Shown one piece after another: positions 8,901 to 14,643 of a stretch of DNA of 24,000 bases. Within the stretch, counting starts at the first letter, position 1. The number at the start of each line of letters is the position of its first letter. The notes beneath the pieces are model-generated. The model did no database searches. It had not been told where the DNA came from and worked only from the letters and a program-made list of their open reading frames with translations. This DNA comes from Acaryochloris marina S15 (GTDB lineage: Bacteria; Cyanobacteriota; Cyanobacteriia; Thermosynechococcales; Thermosynechococcaceae): contig NZ_CP064923.1 of assembly GCF_018336915.1 (NCBI RefSeq), forward strand, positions 2,380,701 through 2,404,700, written 5' to 3'. A program made the translations under genes and the position numbers.

Positions 8901-10252
8901 GCCTCAAGTGAAGTTTGGATTGGAACGGGTTGGGACTCGGGAGGTTGAACGTTAGATACTGGTTTTTCCTGAACAGGTTTAGAAGAAATAACTGGTTTTT
9001 GACTAGACAGTGGAGATGCTTTTGGGGCAGCTTCTTCTTTACTTTGGACAACCTGGGTGTTTTGAGTAGATAGAGCTAATGAATGGTCAGGGGCAGAAGA
9101 GACTTTTGGGAGGTTTGGTTGAATGGGGGTAGAGACTTCTGATGCTTCAGTTGGAGATGAATCAGAATTTGTAGAATTGGCAAGAGGTGAAGGGTCTAGG
9201 CTAGAAGATGTTACGTCTGAGTCTAGAGGAGTGGCCTGTTCTTGAGACTTAGGGAGACTCTCTTGGATTGCGGAGGGCTCGGAATTTGCCTTGATTTCTG
9301 GTAAATCCTGGCGTTTAGTCTGAAGGGGCGGCACATCTGTTGGGTGGGAAGAAGCACTCACCTCAGGAGATATCGCTTTGGATGAGGGATGTGCGATTGG
9401 TTTCTGGGGCGTTTGTTCAGGCTGGGGGTTGAACTCAGTACTGGGTTTGCCGGCAACCCCCTCTGATGATGTCTGAAGTCCCGGTGTGTTGTCTATTGGG
9501 GAGGAAGCAGGGGAATGTGCTGACTCTTGAGCATGGGATTCATGGGATGGCGGGCTAAGTTTAGAAGTCCTGACCAGCTTAGGTTGAAGTATTGTGTCAG
9601 GACTGCTTTGATCTTGAGCAATCTGTTTTTCTGATTCAACCTGCTCAGAATGAGGGACTAAAGACTGGGTAGAGATCTGATACTGCACAGGCTGAATAGA
9701 AGGGGCTGCAGCTTGGGTCGGGGCAGCATTAAGGACTGCATTAGTCTCACTGGATGACGATGGTTCTACTTCTGGTGCATTGCGATGGATCTTGTTAGCA
9801 TTGCTGGGTGCTGTTGGCGGCTCCTGATGGGTTGATAATTGCTCTAATTTAGGTTGCAGATTCTCGGCAGGTGCTTTCGGAGCAAGAGTGCTAGGTTGCG
9901 CTCCAGGAAACTGGGTTACGACGGATTGAGAGATGTTGGAAGCCATTGACGACAGCTCGTCAATGGCTTCCGTTGGCACCTGGGCAGCAAAATGGGTATT
10001 TAGAAGATTTGTCCGAGCTGTTTCGGTAGGCAGGGTGGCATCCAAGCTTATTAGGGATACAGTGCCCAAGGGAGATAGGGTATGGGGTTGGAGAAAGGAT
10101 TGTCCTAGAACAGGAGGAGGTAGCAGTGGATGTTGCAGGCCGAGCGAGTCTGAGGAAGGAATCTCTTCCGGCTGGGATTGATGACCTTGACCTGAATTGA
10201 CATCCATAAACAAACGTTTTGGGTTAGTTACTGGGGTAGAATCCTCCGGCAT
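2987..10252 (-). CDS. Giant 2421-aa low-complexity (Ser/Pro/Gln/Thr/Glu-rich) protein in the tape-measure (Afp14-like) position
   Basis: The 7.26-kb frame is uninterrupted, which cannot arise by chance at this GC content. It lies between the tube and tube-initiator genes and overlaps the tube stop by 29 nt (an alternative ATG at 10207 would leave a 16-nt gap). The C-terminus FEILAREIYHILRQRLEVERERHGGYHSGRLPW (2990-3088) is the only clearly helical, conserved-looking segment. Duplicated peptide blocks differ mainly at synonymous positions, which supports real translation. The functional call rests on position and motif only. Confidence 0.8.
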   Translation of the reverse strand: MPEDSTPVTNPKRLFMDVNSGQGHQSQPEEIPSSDSLGLQHPLLPPPVLGQSFLQPHTLSPLGTVSLISLDATLPTETARTNLLNTHFAAQVPTEAIDELSSMASNISQSVVTQFPGAQPSTLAPKAPAENLQPKLEQLSTHQEPPTAPSNANKIHRNAPEVEPSSSSETNAVLNAAPTQAAAPSIQPVQYQISTQSLVPHSEQVESEKQIAQDQSSPDTILQPKLVRTSKLSPPSHESHAQESAHSPASSPIDNTPGLQTSSEGVAGKPSTEFNPQPEQTPQKPIAHPSSKAISPEVSASSHPTDVPPLQTKRQDLPEIKANSEPSAIQESLPKSQEQATPLDSDVTSSSLDPSPLANSTNSDSSPTEASEVSTPIQPNLPKVSSAPDHSLALSTQNTQVVQSKEEAAPKASPLSSQKPVISSKPVQEKPVSNVQPPESQPVPIQTSLEATAQDIELTTPPTEQATDITTDLPAKRTIQSSPISPNELQTSRSQASLANSKVEANPSHSIDRGSSIETPVTPSPKPKTNETPIKTTIVQTVTPASPQQSPDDESLLLKNSEPPSSTAKTSDSSTETTTIQNSESSAVQQSSTDHPQIPKVETNRINPSNNLPSVESPSIPSTSEKIDGEAVQSTAIQRADDLTPQASTKAPEKKQTKQSKKSKQKKLPLQAQLSRMGKRAQQDINKVGIQLKQASQSLPVGKSRAKANEVQKSTNDSPPLSNAPLLQAKSSPDSKQSSSEVSLVQTGTKAVEKAPSQELSQEKLLSVNTENADYEENSPTVQAIPESIDLPQEHSPSTPLQTKSLGMSEPTIHQDKHPNSIAGPNEGTESTSDSKASRPDQIKSESSTPEGSADQQKPTSSSDVTSNAESSSSRSKAKTRGPFPVQPLQRLTRFSQQVMDTVSRQLEPQPNEESNPLQRQQQFLSKNSEQNRKDQTINPVSPQKSVGEDTSPSQGSGGKAVDKNAVTSIQSDIQAKPFSPNTVPDTAIHSKSKLSSNEQEHPKNQSGRLTDVTADENLQTQELPTVQKAEASQSSIPTPLPSEQVDFPTPNSIEESSPREGHNPALVAQGEAQPNAAQPGWQTTQNQFADRITNLGSEIKERVDRSIRKQSSRRQLPQSIQCQEAGSVEPATSSEVAQKNISLQSADVPELNRDNIQASAEPSSDKVYGNEQPLLTDSVQLTSTSNPATESLVQTDVNPAIPPSPAKDTNNPPESTTEPIIQASSVDKAKTPQPPKDSGQNEPALPSGNEDSIQRTPDSSEITSTSSEQPITDVSSRGSENRGSTPKSSQSRNLSLNSHISKIGTTIVQQLANLRPKKTKSKRQTNKQNLASSPAKISSENTGADTTLRPTLLTEQEETSPSTHQSNPLERPNVPTQSSPTTGHTAVVQRQHDTGDGSEAASTRAPIVSDQPSRNTPHSSIQPSEVPSPLADSSIKRHSSTAEIIQKQPIPAEEINSKPLDSESSSSFSEPNLQHRTELSSLPTSDSIQLSPQKNSITQSEAINQATSIPSTNNSIQRQDVTHQQSSQLDNADDRIKQSKAAIPPSSHSLSQAELSLQESTDSDENSEVSNTSDPDNLLQRQTIQEQSQPDIPNAPTPNFLDQHVLETESHPPERPPISEVSVQTKVEQPSITSQTQQQLPAGSDLSIQEFSEEQVQLSKKSKQSDDRESPKVVIEVNLSEATSQNLDSTNINTSQSPKQDDNVSNSASPTIQANVNPPKETVSDQSLSESDLKVNAPDHTAIAATQNAKILESQENNVPQAPSNTSDTASIAETGNIVQRKIETQSNSDQPLVARRKDVSDASKPLHAQAKAPETPVLDKTSAQTEPNTEISKLLSKQTSTVPIQAVEISVVQPAVEAQLQKGSNGQSYDNCDRIQESPPDTRDILSIQPTPDSQPSQSIDQPEQQQATPNSHISPTVDTSPPNNLPEATIEPAIQASSIEQSHDSNTALTDISDASEIIQSAHQPSTISKTKIGSDLPTPTTRSDQATPAPLAKPSISDTKTPDLQQLPTENIADSSPQKVESIQSQPDKVESLHRRVIEITAQRPDGSIENANLPSQDISSSPSSDLNENQILQKNSESHSSQVETEFDPAHTEISSNIVQKSEVAEPPQVTPDSKIQISDADRSDSSLASTQPLSSPPIKPTIQHQDPSGGTLDALKIDQINAQPDSTDLRQRRVIEIAAQPPELELPQENSPDLTVAQLLATGQAPSPLSSIADNFVAPKLISSLWPASQSNRQHRAQKLSHLQRPNIPLDLSPGDTALSEEDFEANTENAIAPTIQPSALPSNWSSIEDLFTVQSPSAIQRQAEPQTPVPEDTSDLVLTPTGIHPEKRVQRKTASVRRTAQTLQKALAAPPPVSSPLQTTEVVMRQSHTDTSTASKVDEQSFEILAREIYHILRQRLEVERERHGGYHSGRLPW
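3417..3424. repeat. HIP1 octamer GCGATCGC
   Basis: Perfect palindromic octamer read directly from the sequence, inside the giant ORF. Confidence 0.95.
4625..4632. repeat. HIP1 octamer GCGATCGC
   Basis: Perfect octamer read directly from the sequence, inside the giant ORF. Confidence 0.95.
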
Positions 10253-10796
10253 CTCTACCTTTCAAGAAGGTAGCCCCACCGCCTGCGTTACTGCTGGGCT
10301 GCAGGTTGGCAACGACCTTTAGACCTTCGTATGCCAAGGTGAGTTCTTCAATGGCAACGGTAGATGTATCCGCTTGGAGAGCTGGAGCTTGCCAAGCCAC
10401 GGGGACGGCACCAATTAAGGTCCAGGTTTGAATGGTTTCTCCTGCTTGATTGAACAAGAGGATATTGATGTTGCGACGCTGGGGATTCACATTACGATCG
10501 GTCGGTTCTAACTGGGTGAGCATACGACTGGCCCAGCCCCAAAACACTAGATCATTCGTAATCCCTCGCTTGAGGGTGACATCAGAGAATTCAGTTTGAC
10601 CGAGTATGATTCGCTGCTGGTTGTTGACGCCGCCTTCAAAGTAGGTGTCATGCTTGATTTTGGCGCTTAACCCTGAACATTCGCTAAAGCAAGCACTGAT
10701 ATAGCTCTTTTCTTGGATTTCGACATAGAAGCGATTGGCAGTGACGTAGTTAAGGTTATGGGTTTCGCTGTTGCTAGCCACTAGTGCCGCCCCCAT
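10224..10796 (-). CDS. Contractile-tail inner tube protein (T4 gp19 / Afp1-Afp5 family)
   Basis: 190-aa ORF. NRFYVEI...FSECSGLSAKIKHDTYFEGGVNN...FSDVTLKRGITNDLVFWGWA is the classic gp19-like 'phage tail protein' pattern (F-x-V-E-I, SGL, EGG-N, TLKRG). It has an extra Gly-rich tail of about 30 aa. Confidence 0.9.
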   Translation of the reverse strand: MGAALVASNSETHNLNYVTANRFYVEIQEKSYISACFSECSGLSAKIKHDTYFEGGVNNQQRIILGQTEFSDVTLKRGITNDLVFWGWASRMLTQLEPTDRNVNPQRRNINILLFNQAGETIQTWTLIGAVPVAWQAPALQADTSTVAIEELTLAYEGLKVVANLQPSSNAGGGATFLKGRDAGGFYPSN

Positions 10797-11007
10797 AGTT
10801 CCGCTCGCGCTGATTTTGCAGGTCGTTTTGCATCAGTTCATAGATGCGATCGCATAATCGAGATTGCGCCAGTGGATCTTGCAAAATCTGGGCTGCTAAT
10901 CTGAAAACCCTGTCTCGATCAGATAGATCAGACAGTCCAGGCGAGCACCCCGCTGAAGCTGAATGGATTCTCTGGTTTTCTCCTAGAGACTGATCCCCTT
11001 GGCTCAT
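10774..11007 (-). CDS. Small CIS-associated protein (77 aa from ATG 11007; 102 aa if the 11082 start is used) carrying the same C-terminal motif as the giant ORF
   Basis: It is the first ORF of the minus-strand operon and overlaps the tube start by 23 nt. Its C-terminus RLCDRIYELMQNDLQNQRERNYGGGTSG aligns without gaps to REIYHILRQRLEVERERHGGY of the giant ORF. That match argues it is genuinely coding. Confidence 0.6.
   Translation of the reverse strand: MSQGDQSLGENQRIHSASAGCSPGLSDLSDRDRVFRLAAQILQDPLAQSRLCDRIYELMQNDLQNQRERNYGGGTSG
10846..10853. repeat. HIP1 octamer GCGATCGC
   Basis: Perfect octamer inside the small CIS ORF, covering codons C-D-R of CDRIY. Confidence 0.95.
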
Positions 11008-11783
11008 ATGGCAAGTACCTAGTAACAACTCTCCCCGCCTGCCCCACCCCGCTTCAGATAAGGGATGAGGGACCAGCCTCACTCTATGGGCCAGAAAGAG
11101 CGACCGATAGTAGCCAAAGGTCTAACTGCACCAAGCATATGGTTCTACATAGGCGCAAGCCTTCCATGAACAAAAGCTGTGATGGGTAAAAAGGTCTATT
11201 AGAGAATGGTCCTCTTCTCCACTTTGAGTAGAGGCTAAATGAAGCCGTGAACTTTTCTAAGATTTTCCATCAGTTTTATCTTGCTTCATCATTTGATTAA
11301 CAAAAGCGAAGATTTTAGTAAATATACTCAGGAATCCATAGGGTATGAAGAAACTAAATCTCAGATGAAGCTTTACCTATCGCACCTAAATGGATAGGCA
11401 AAAGTAGAAAAATTTGCTGACTGCATTCACTTTTTTTCAACCGTAAGGAGGGTCTGATATCAGCTGAGACCTCTAAAAGTGGCTTAACTTAATAATTTTT
11501 TACAGGATTAAATTTCTTCTGACAAATAAAACTTACTGGGCATCAATAATCGAGAATCGTTTTCATGTTGATGTCTTAAAAGTATGCCCAGAAAGCTTTT
11601 TGAGCTATTTGACTGTCCGTAACTTTTGCCGAAATACTCCAAACTTTTCTATCCATAAACTCGTAATTACCAAAAAAAACCTGAAATCCAGAGATTATCA
11701 AGGTTCTGACGATCTATATTTAGCGAATAGCATTTAGAATAATCCATTAAATCGACGTGGTTGCGACATTTCAGCCAGTTAGA

Positions 11784-11853
11784 CTGTAGTTACACTCCAG
11801 ATAGAACATCAGATTTATCTGTATTTTTCTGGAACTACAGACTCGATTTTTTT
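11784..11853 (+). terminator. Nested hairpin plus T7 run in the hup leader (candidate intrinsic terminator/attenuator)
   Basis: CTGTAGTT (11784-11791) pairs perfectly with AACTACAG (11833-11840). An inner stem pairs CAGATA (11798-11803) with TATCTG (11816-11821). A run of seven T follows at 11847-11853, 35 nt before the hup ATG. The stems are AT-rich, so stability is uncertain. Confidence 0.3.
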
Positions 11854-11887
11854 GCTCACGCTTAACTGAACAAATAGGAGTCAATCA

Positions 11888-12169
11888 ATGAATAAAGGAG
11901 AACTCGTCGACGCCGTTGCTGATAAGGCAAGTGTCACGAAAAAGCAGGCAGATGCAGTTCTGACTGCCGCCCTAGAGGCCATTGTTGAATCTGTCTCGTC
12001 AGGAGAAAAAGTCACATTGGTGGGATTTGGCTCATTTGAACCTCGCGAACGCAAGGCCCGGGAAGGACGTAACCCCAAAACCGGTGCGAAAATGAAGATT
12101 CCCGCAACTAAAGTTCCAGCTTTCTCTGCAGGTAAGCTGTTTAAGGAAAAAGTTGCTCCTAAAAAGTAA
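11888..12169 (+). CDS. hup: HU-type DNA-binding protein
   Basis: The 93-aa sequence MNKGELVDAVADKASVTKKQADAVLTAALEAIVESVSSGEKVTLVGFGSFEPRERKAREGRNPKTGAKMKIPATKVPAFSAGKLFKEKV is near-identical in pattern to cyanobacterial HU. A TAGGAG Shine-Dalgarno lies just upstream. Confidence 0.95.
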   Translation: MNKGELVDAVADKASVTKKQADAVLTAALEAIVESVSSGEKVTLVGFGSFEPRERKAREGRNPKTGAKMKIPATKVPAFSAGKLFKEKVAPKK

Positions 12170-12199
12170 TTCCTTAATTTTTGGTATGAGGCGTCACTT

Positions 12200-13303
12200 T
12201 TGAGTCGCCCTTTACATGGAGGCAACCTGCGGTGGGCTGCAGACATAGCAGGTTGTTCTCCCAGCTGTATTCTCGATTTCTCGGCCAGTATTAATCCGCT
12301 TGGGCCGCCTAAATCTGCAATCACAGCAATTCAAACTCATCTCGATACCCTCACGGCTTATCCAGATCCCAGCTATCAGTCCATTTGCCAGGTGTTGAGT
12401 GAGGTTCACCGGCTCCCCATTGACTGGTTCTTACCGGGAAATGGGTCAGCAGAATTACTCACTTGGGCCTGCCGTGATTTGGCTCAACTTGCATGGACTG
12501 GGGTTCTAACGCCCGCATTTGCTGACTATCAACGGGCACTGAAGGCGTTTCAAGCCCAAATTCGACCCTTACCTGTGGATCTTAGCCAGATTCACCAACA
12601 ATCTTCCAGTGATTTGATCGAGCAGGCCTTACAGGGCGCTAGTCAGTTTGCCGATTCAGCTCAAGCTGGACTGTTACTGAATAATCCCCATAATCCCACT
12701 GGAGGGCTGGTCAGCATCAGTCAAATAGAACCGTTTCTAGAGCAGTTCTCTTTGGTGGTGGTGGATGAGGCATTTATAGACTTTTTGCCTGCAAATGCTG
12801 ACTACAGCTTGATTTCTAAAGTGCAAGATTTTCCCAATCTCATTATCTTGCGCTCTCTGACCAAGTTTTATAGTTTGCCTGGGTTGCGGTTGGGATATGC
12901 CGTTGGCCACCCTGATCAGCTACAACGCTGGCAACAATGCCGCGATCCCTGGTCCGTGAACTCCCTAGCTGTGATGGCAGGGATAGCGGTACTGGAAGAT
13001 CAAGCGTTTCAAAACAAAACCTTATCGTGGTTACCCCCTGTTCGCACTGAGCTGATGCAAGGTTTGGTGGATTTGGGGGCTTATCCCCTGGAGGGGGCAG
13101 CGAATTTTCTGTTAGTACAAACGAAGGTTTCGGTGCCTATGTTGCAGGAGTTGCTTTTAAAACATCACCGTATCCTGATTCGAGATTGCCTGAGCTTTCC
13201 GGAACTGGGAGATCAGTATTTTCGAATTGCCGTGCGGACCCAAGCAGAAAATCAACGATTACTGACGGCCCTGACCGATTGCCTACCTCAGTTATCTGTT
13301 TAG
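12200..13303 (+). CDS. cobD: L-threonine-O-3-phosphate decarboxylase (CobD) / class-II aminotransferase family
   Basis: The N-terminal HGGNLRWAA...ILDFSASINPLGPP is typical of CobD. The PLP-lysine context is RSLTKFYSLPGLRLGY. The start codon is TTG at 12200. Confidence 0.75.
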   Translation: MSRPLHGGNLRWAADIAGCSPSCILDFSASINPLGPPKSAITAIQTHLDTLTAYPDPSYQSICQVLSEVHRLPIDWFLPGNGSAELLTWACRDLAQLAWTGVLTPAFADYQRALKAFQAQIRPLPVDLSQIHQQSSSDLIEQALQGASQFADSAQAGLLLNNPHNPTGGLVSISQIEPFLEQFSLVVVDEAFIDFLPANADYSLISKVQDFPNLIILRSLTKFYSLPGLRLGYAVGHPDQLQRWQQCRDPWSVNSLAVMAGIAVLEDQAFQNKTLSWLPPVRTELMQGLVDLGAYPLEGAANFLLVQTKVSVPMLQELLLKHHRILIRDCLSFPELGDQYFRIAVRTQAENQRLLTALTDCLPQLSV

Positions 13304-13337
13304 ATGAGAAAAGGCATGAGCGCCTTGGGAGTAGGCT

Positions 13338-14621
13338 ATGGCTGATTATGATTTGGTGGTGGTGGGCAATAATGCGGTGGCTCCCTGGGCTGCGATCGCA
13401 GCCAAAGAACGGTCGGCCCGAGTCGCTTTTATCTCTGTTTCTCCAGAACCCATCCCGTATCATCTCCTTCTGCAGCAGTGGGTACAAACCCAGCCCCCGA
13501 TGGCTTTGACCGAATGGATTGAAGCGATGACAATGCGGCTGCAGGCCTCTCGATCGCCGGCCAAATTAGCCAGTTTAGGCATTGAGCAGCTCGATGGTAT
13601 CGCTCAGTTTAGAACCAAGCCGAATTTTCAGGTGCATTGTCAGAATCGGGTATTGAAATCTCATCGGTATCTCCTCTGTCTAGATGCAGATTTATCTTCA
13701 CCAGATGTTCCAGGGCAAGCGGACTGGCTCAGTCCGGCTGATGTTCTAACTCGACTAGACGATCCAAATCAGTCCCTAACCGATCCAGTGCTGGTGGTAG
13801 GGGATGGTCCGGTAGCCGTTTCCCTGAGCCAATCCTTAGGTCGTTTGGGACATTCAGTCCACTTACTGTGTCCCCATAATCAAATTTTGCCTTGGGAAGA
13901 TGCTGAAGCAGCTTGGCGGGTGCAAGCCCACCTAGAGGCTGATCGTGTCCATATTCACTGCCACTGCCAGATCAAAGGCGTTACCCCATCATCCGGCTAT
14001 CAGGTATCGACGAATCAAGGCTTGTTGAGGGCCGGATCCTTAGTTTGGGCTGTAGAAACAACCTCAGCCATCCTGAATCCCAATCAAGTTGCTGTGGATC
14101 TCCGTCATACCTCTCAAGGCTTGTGGGTGAACCCTCAATTGCGAACCTCTCATTCCCAAGTGTATTCCTGCGGGTCGGTCCTGGGGGGATATACCCTGGC
14201 AGATATTGCTCAGTATGAAGCATCTGTAGCGGTGAACAATGCCTTGGGTGCCAGGCAGACGATCGAATATGGCACCTTACCTTGGGCTATCTCGACCATG
14301 CCAGTGTTAGCAAGGGTGGGTTTAACAGAAACTCAAGCCCAACAAGCATCCAGGCCATTTAAGAGTTTCTATCATACCTACCAACAAACTGAGCAAGGTC
14401 AGCTCCAGGACCAGACCGGCTGGTGTAAGGTCCTCATCCAAAATAATGGCCAAATACTAGGGGCTCATGTAGTGGGTGCGGGTGCGGCTGAAATAGTTCA
14501 TCTAATCGCTTTAGCCATACAAAAGAGATGCCCGATTTCAGAGCTGGTTAGCCTTGAATCTTTTAAATCTAGCTACGGCAGTATTGTGGGACACATTGCT
14601 CGGCAGTGGTGCCAAAAGTAG
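13338..14621 (+). CDS. Pyridine nucleotide-disulfide oxidoreductase-like protein (degenerate N-terminal dinucleotide motif, no CxxxxC)
   Basis: 427 aa. The second Rossmann motif VLVVGDGPVAVSLSQSLGRLGHSV and a C-terminal dimerisation-domain-like region (LPWAISTMPVLARVGLTETQA...GAHVVGAGAAEIVHLIALAI) are present. The first motif reads VVVGNNAVAPWAA instead of GxGxxG. Confidence 0.7.
   Translation: MADYDLVVVGNNAVAPWAAIAAKERSARVAFISVSPEPIPYHLLLQQWVQTQPPMALTEWIEAMTMRLQASRSPAKLASLGIEQLDGIAQFRTKPNFQVHCQNRVLKSHRYLLCLDADLSSPDVPGQADWLSPADVLTRLDDPNQSLTDPVLVVGDGPVAVSLSQSLGRLGHSVHLLCPHNQILPWEDAEAAWRVQAHLEADRVHIHCHCQIKGVTPSSGYQVSTNQGLLRAGSLVWAVETTSAILNPNQVAVDLRHTSQGLWVNPQLRTSHSQVYSCGSVLGGYTLADIAQYEASVAVNNALGARQTIEYGTLPWAISTMPVLARVGLTETQAQQASRPFKSFYHTYQQTEQGQLQDQTGWCKVLIQNNGQILGAHVVGAGAAEIVHLIALAIQKRCPISELVSLESFKSSYGSIVGHIARQWCQK
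13392..13399. repeat. HIP1 octamer GCGATCGC
   Basis: Perfect octamer read directly from the sequence. Confidence 0.95.
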
Positions 14622-14643
14622 CCTTTTAGGTTTAATGCTTTAG

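Noticed and set aside
3270-10181. About a dozen 60-107-aa ORFs in other frames within the giant gene (for example 3270-3524, 4428-4715, 5947-6207, 6999-7238, 7576-7836 and 9933-10181)
   Set aside because: These are by-products of a long low-complexity coding frame. They are Trp/Cys/Gly-rich nonsense compositions with no independent start signals.
2987-10252. The giant ORF as a secreted mucin-, adhesin- or S-layer-type protein, or as a non-coding artefact
   Set aside because: It has no signal peptide, anchor or Ig/cadherin-type repeats. It is translationally coupled inside a CIS operon exactly where the tape measure sits. A 7.2-kb stop-free frame with synonymous-only divergence between repeat copies cannot be non-coding.
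11008-11082. The 25-codon N-terminal extension of the small CIS ORF (track start at 11082)
   Set aside because: The extension (MRLVPHPLSEAGWGRRGELLLGTCH) looks like read-through of the upstream region. The internal ATG at 11007 gives a more plausible 77-aa product. I cannot decide this from the sequence alone, so I flag it as uncertain rather than excluded.
11881-12324. 147-aa minus-strand ORF
   Set aside because: It lies antisense across the entire hup gene and the cobD start. HU is unambiguous, so this is a shadow ORF.
13137-13509. ORFs at 13137-13487 (minus strand) and 13186-13509 (plus strand)
   Set aside because: They overlap the 3' end of cobD and the 5' end of the oxidoreductase gene in other frames, and I recognise no family.
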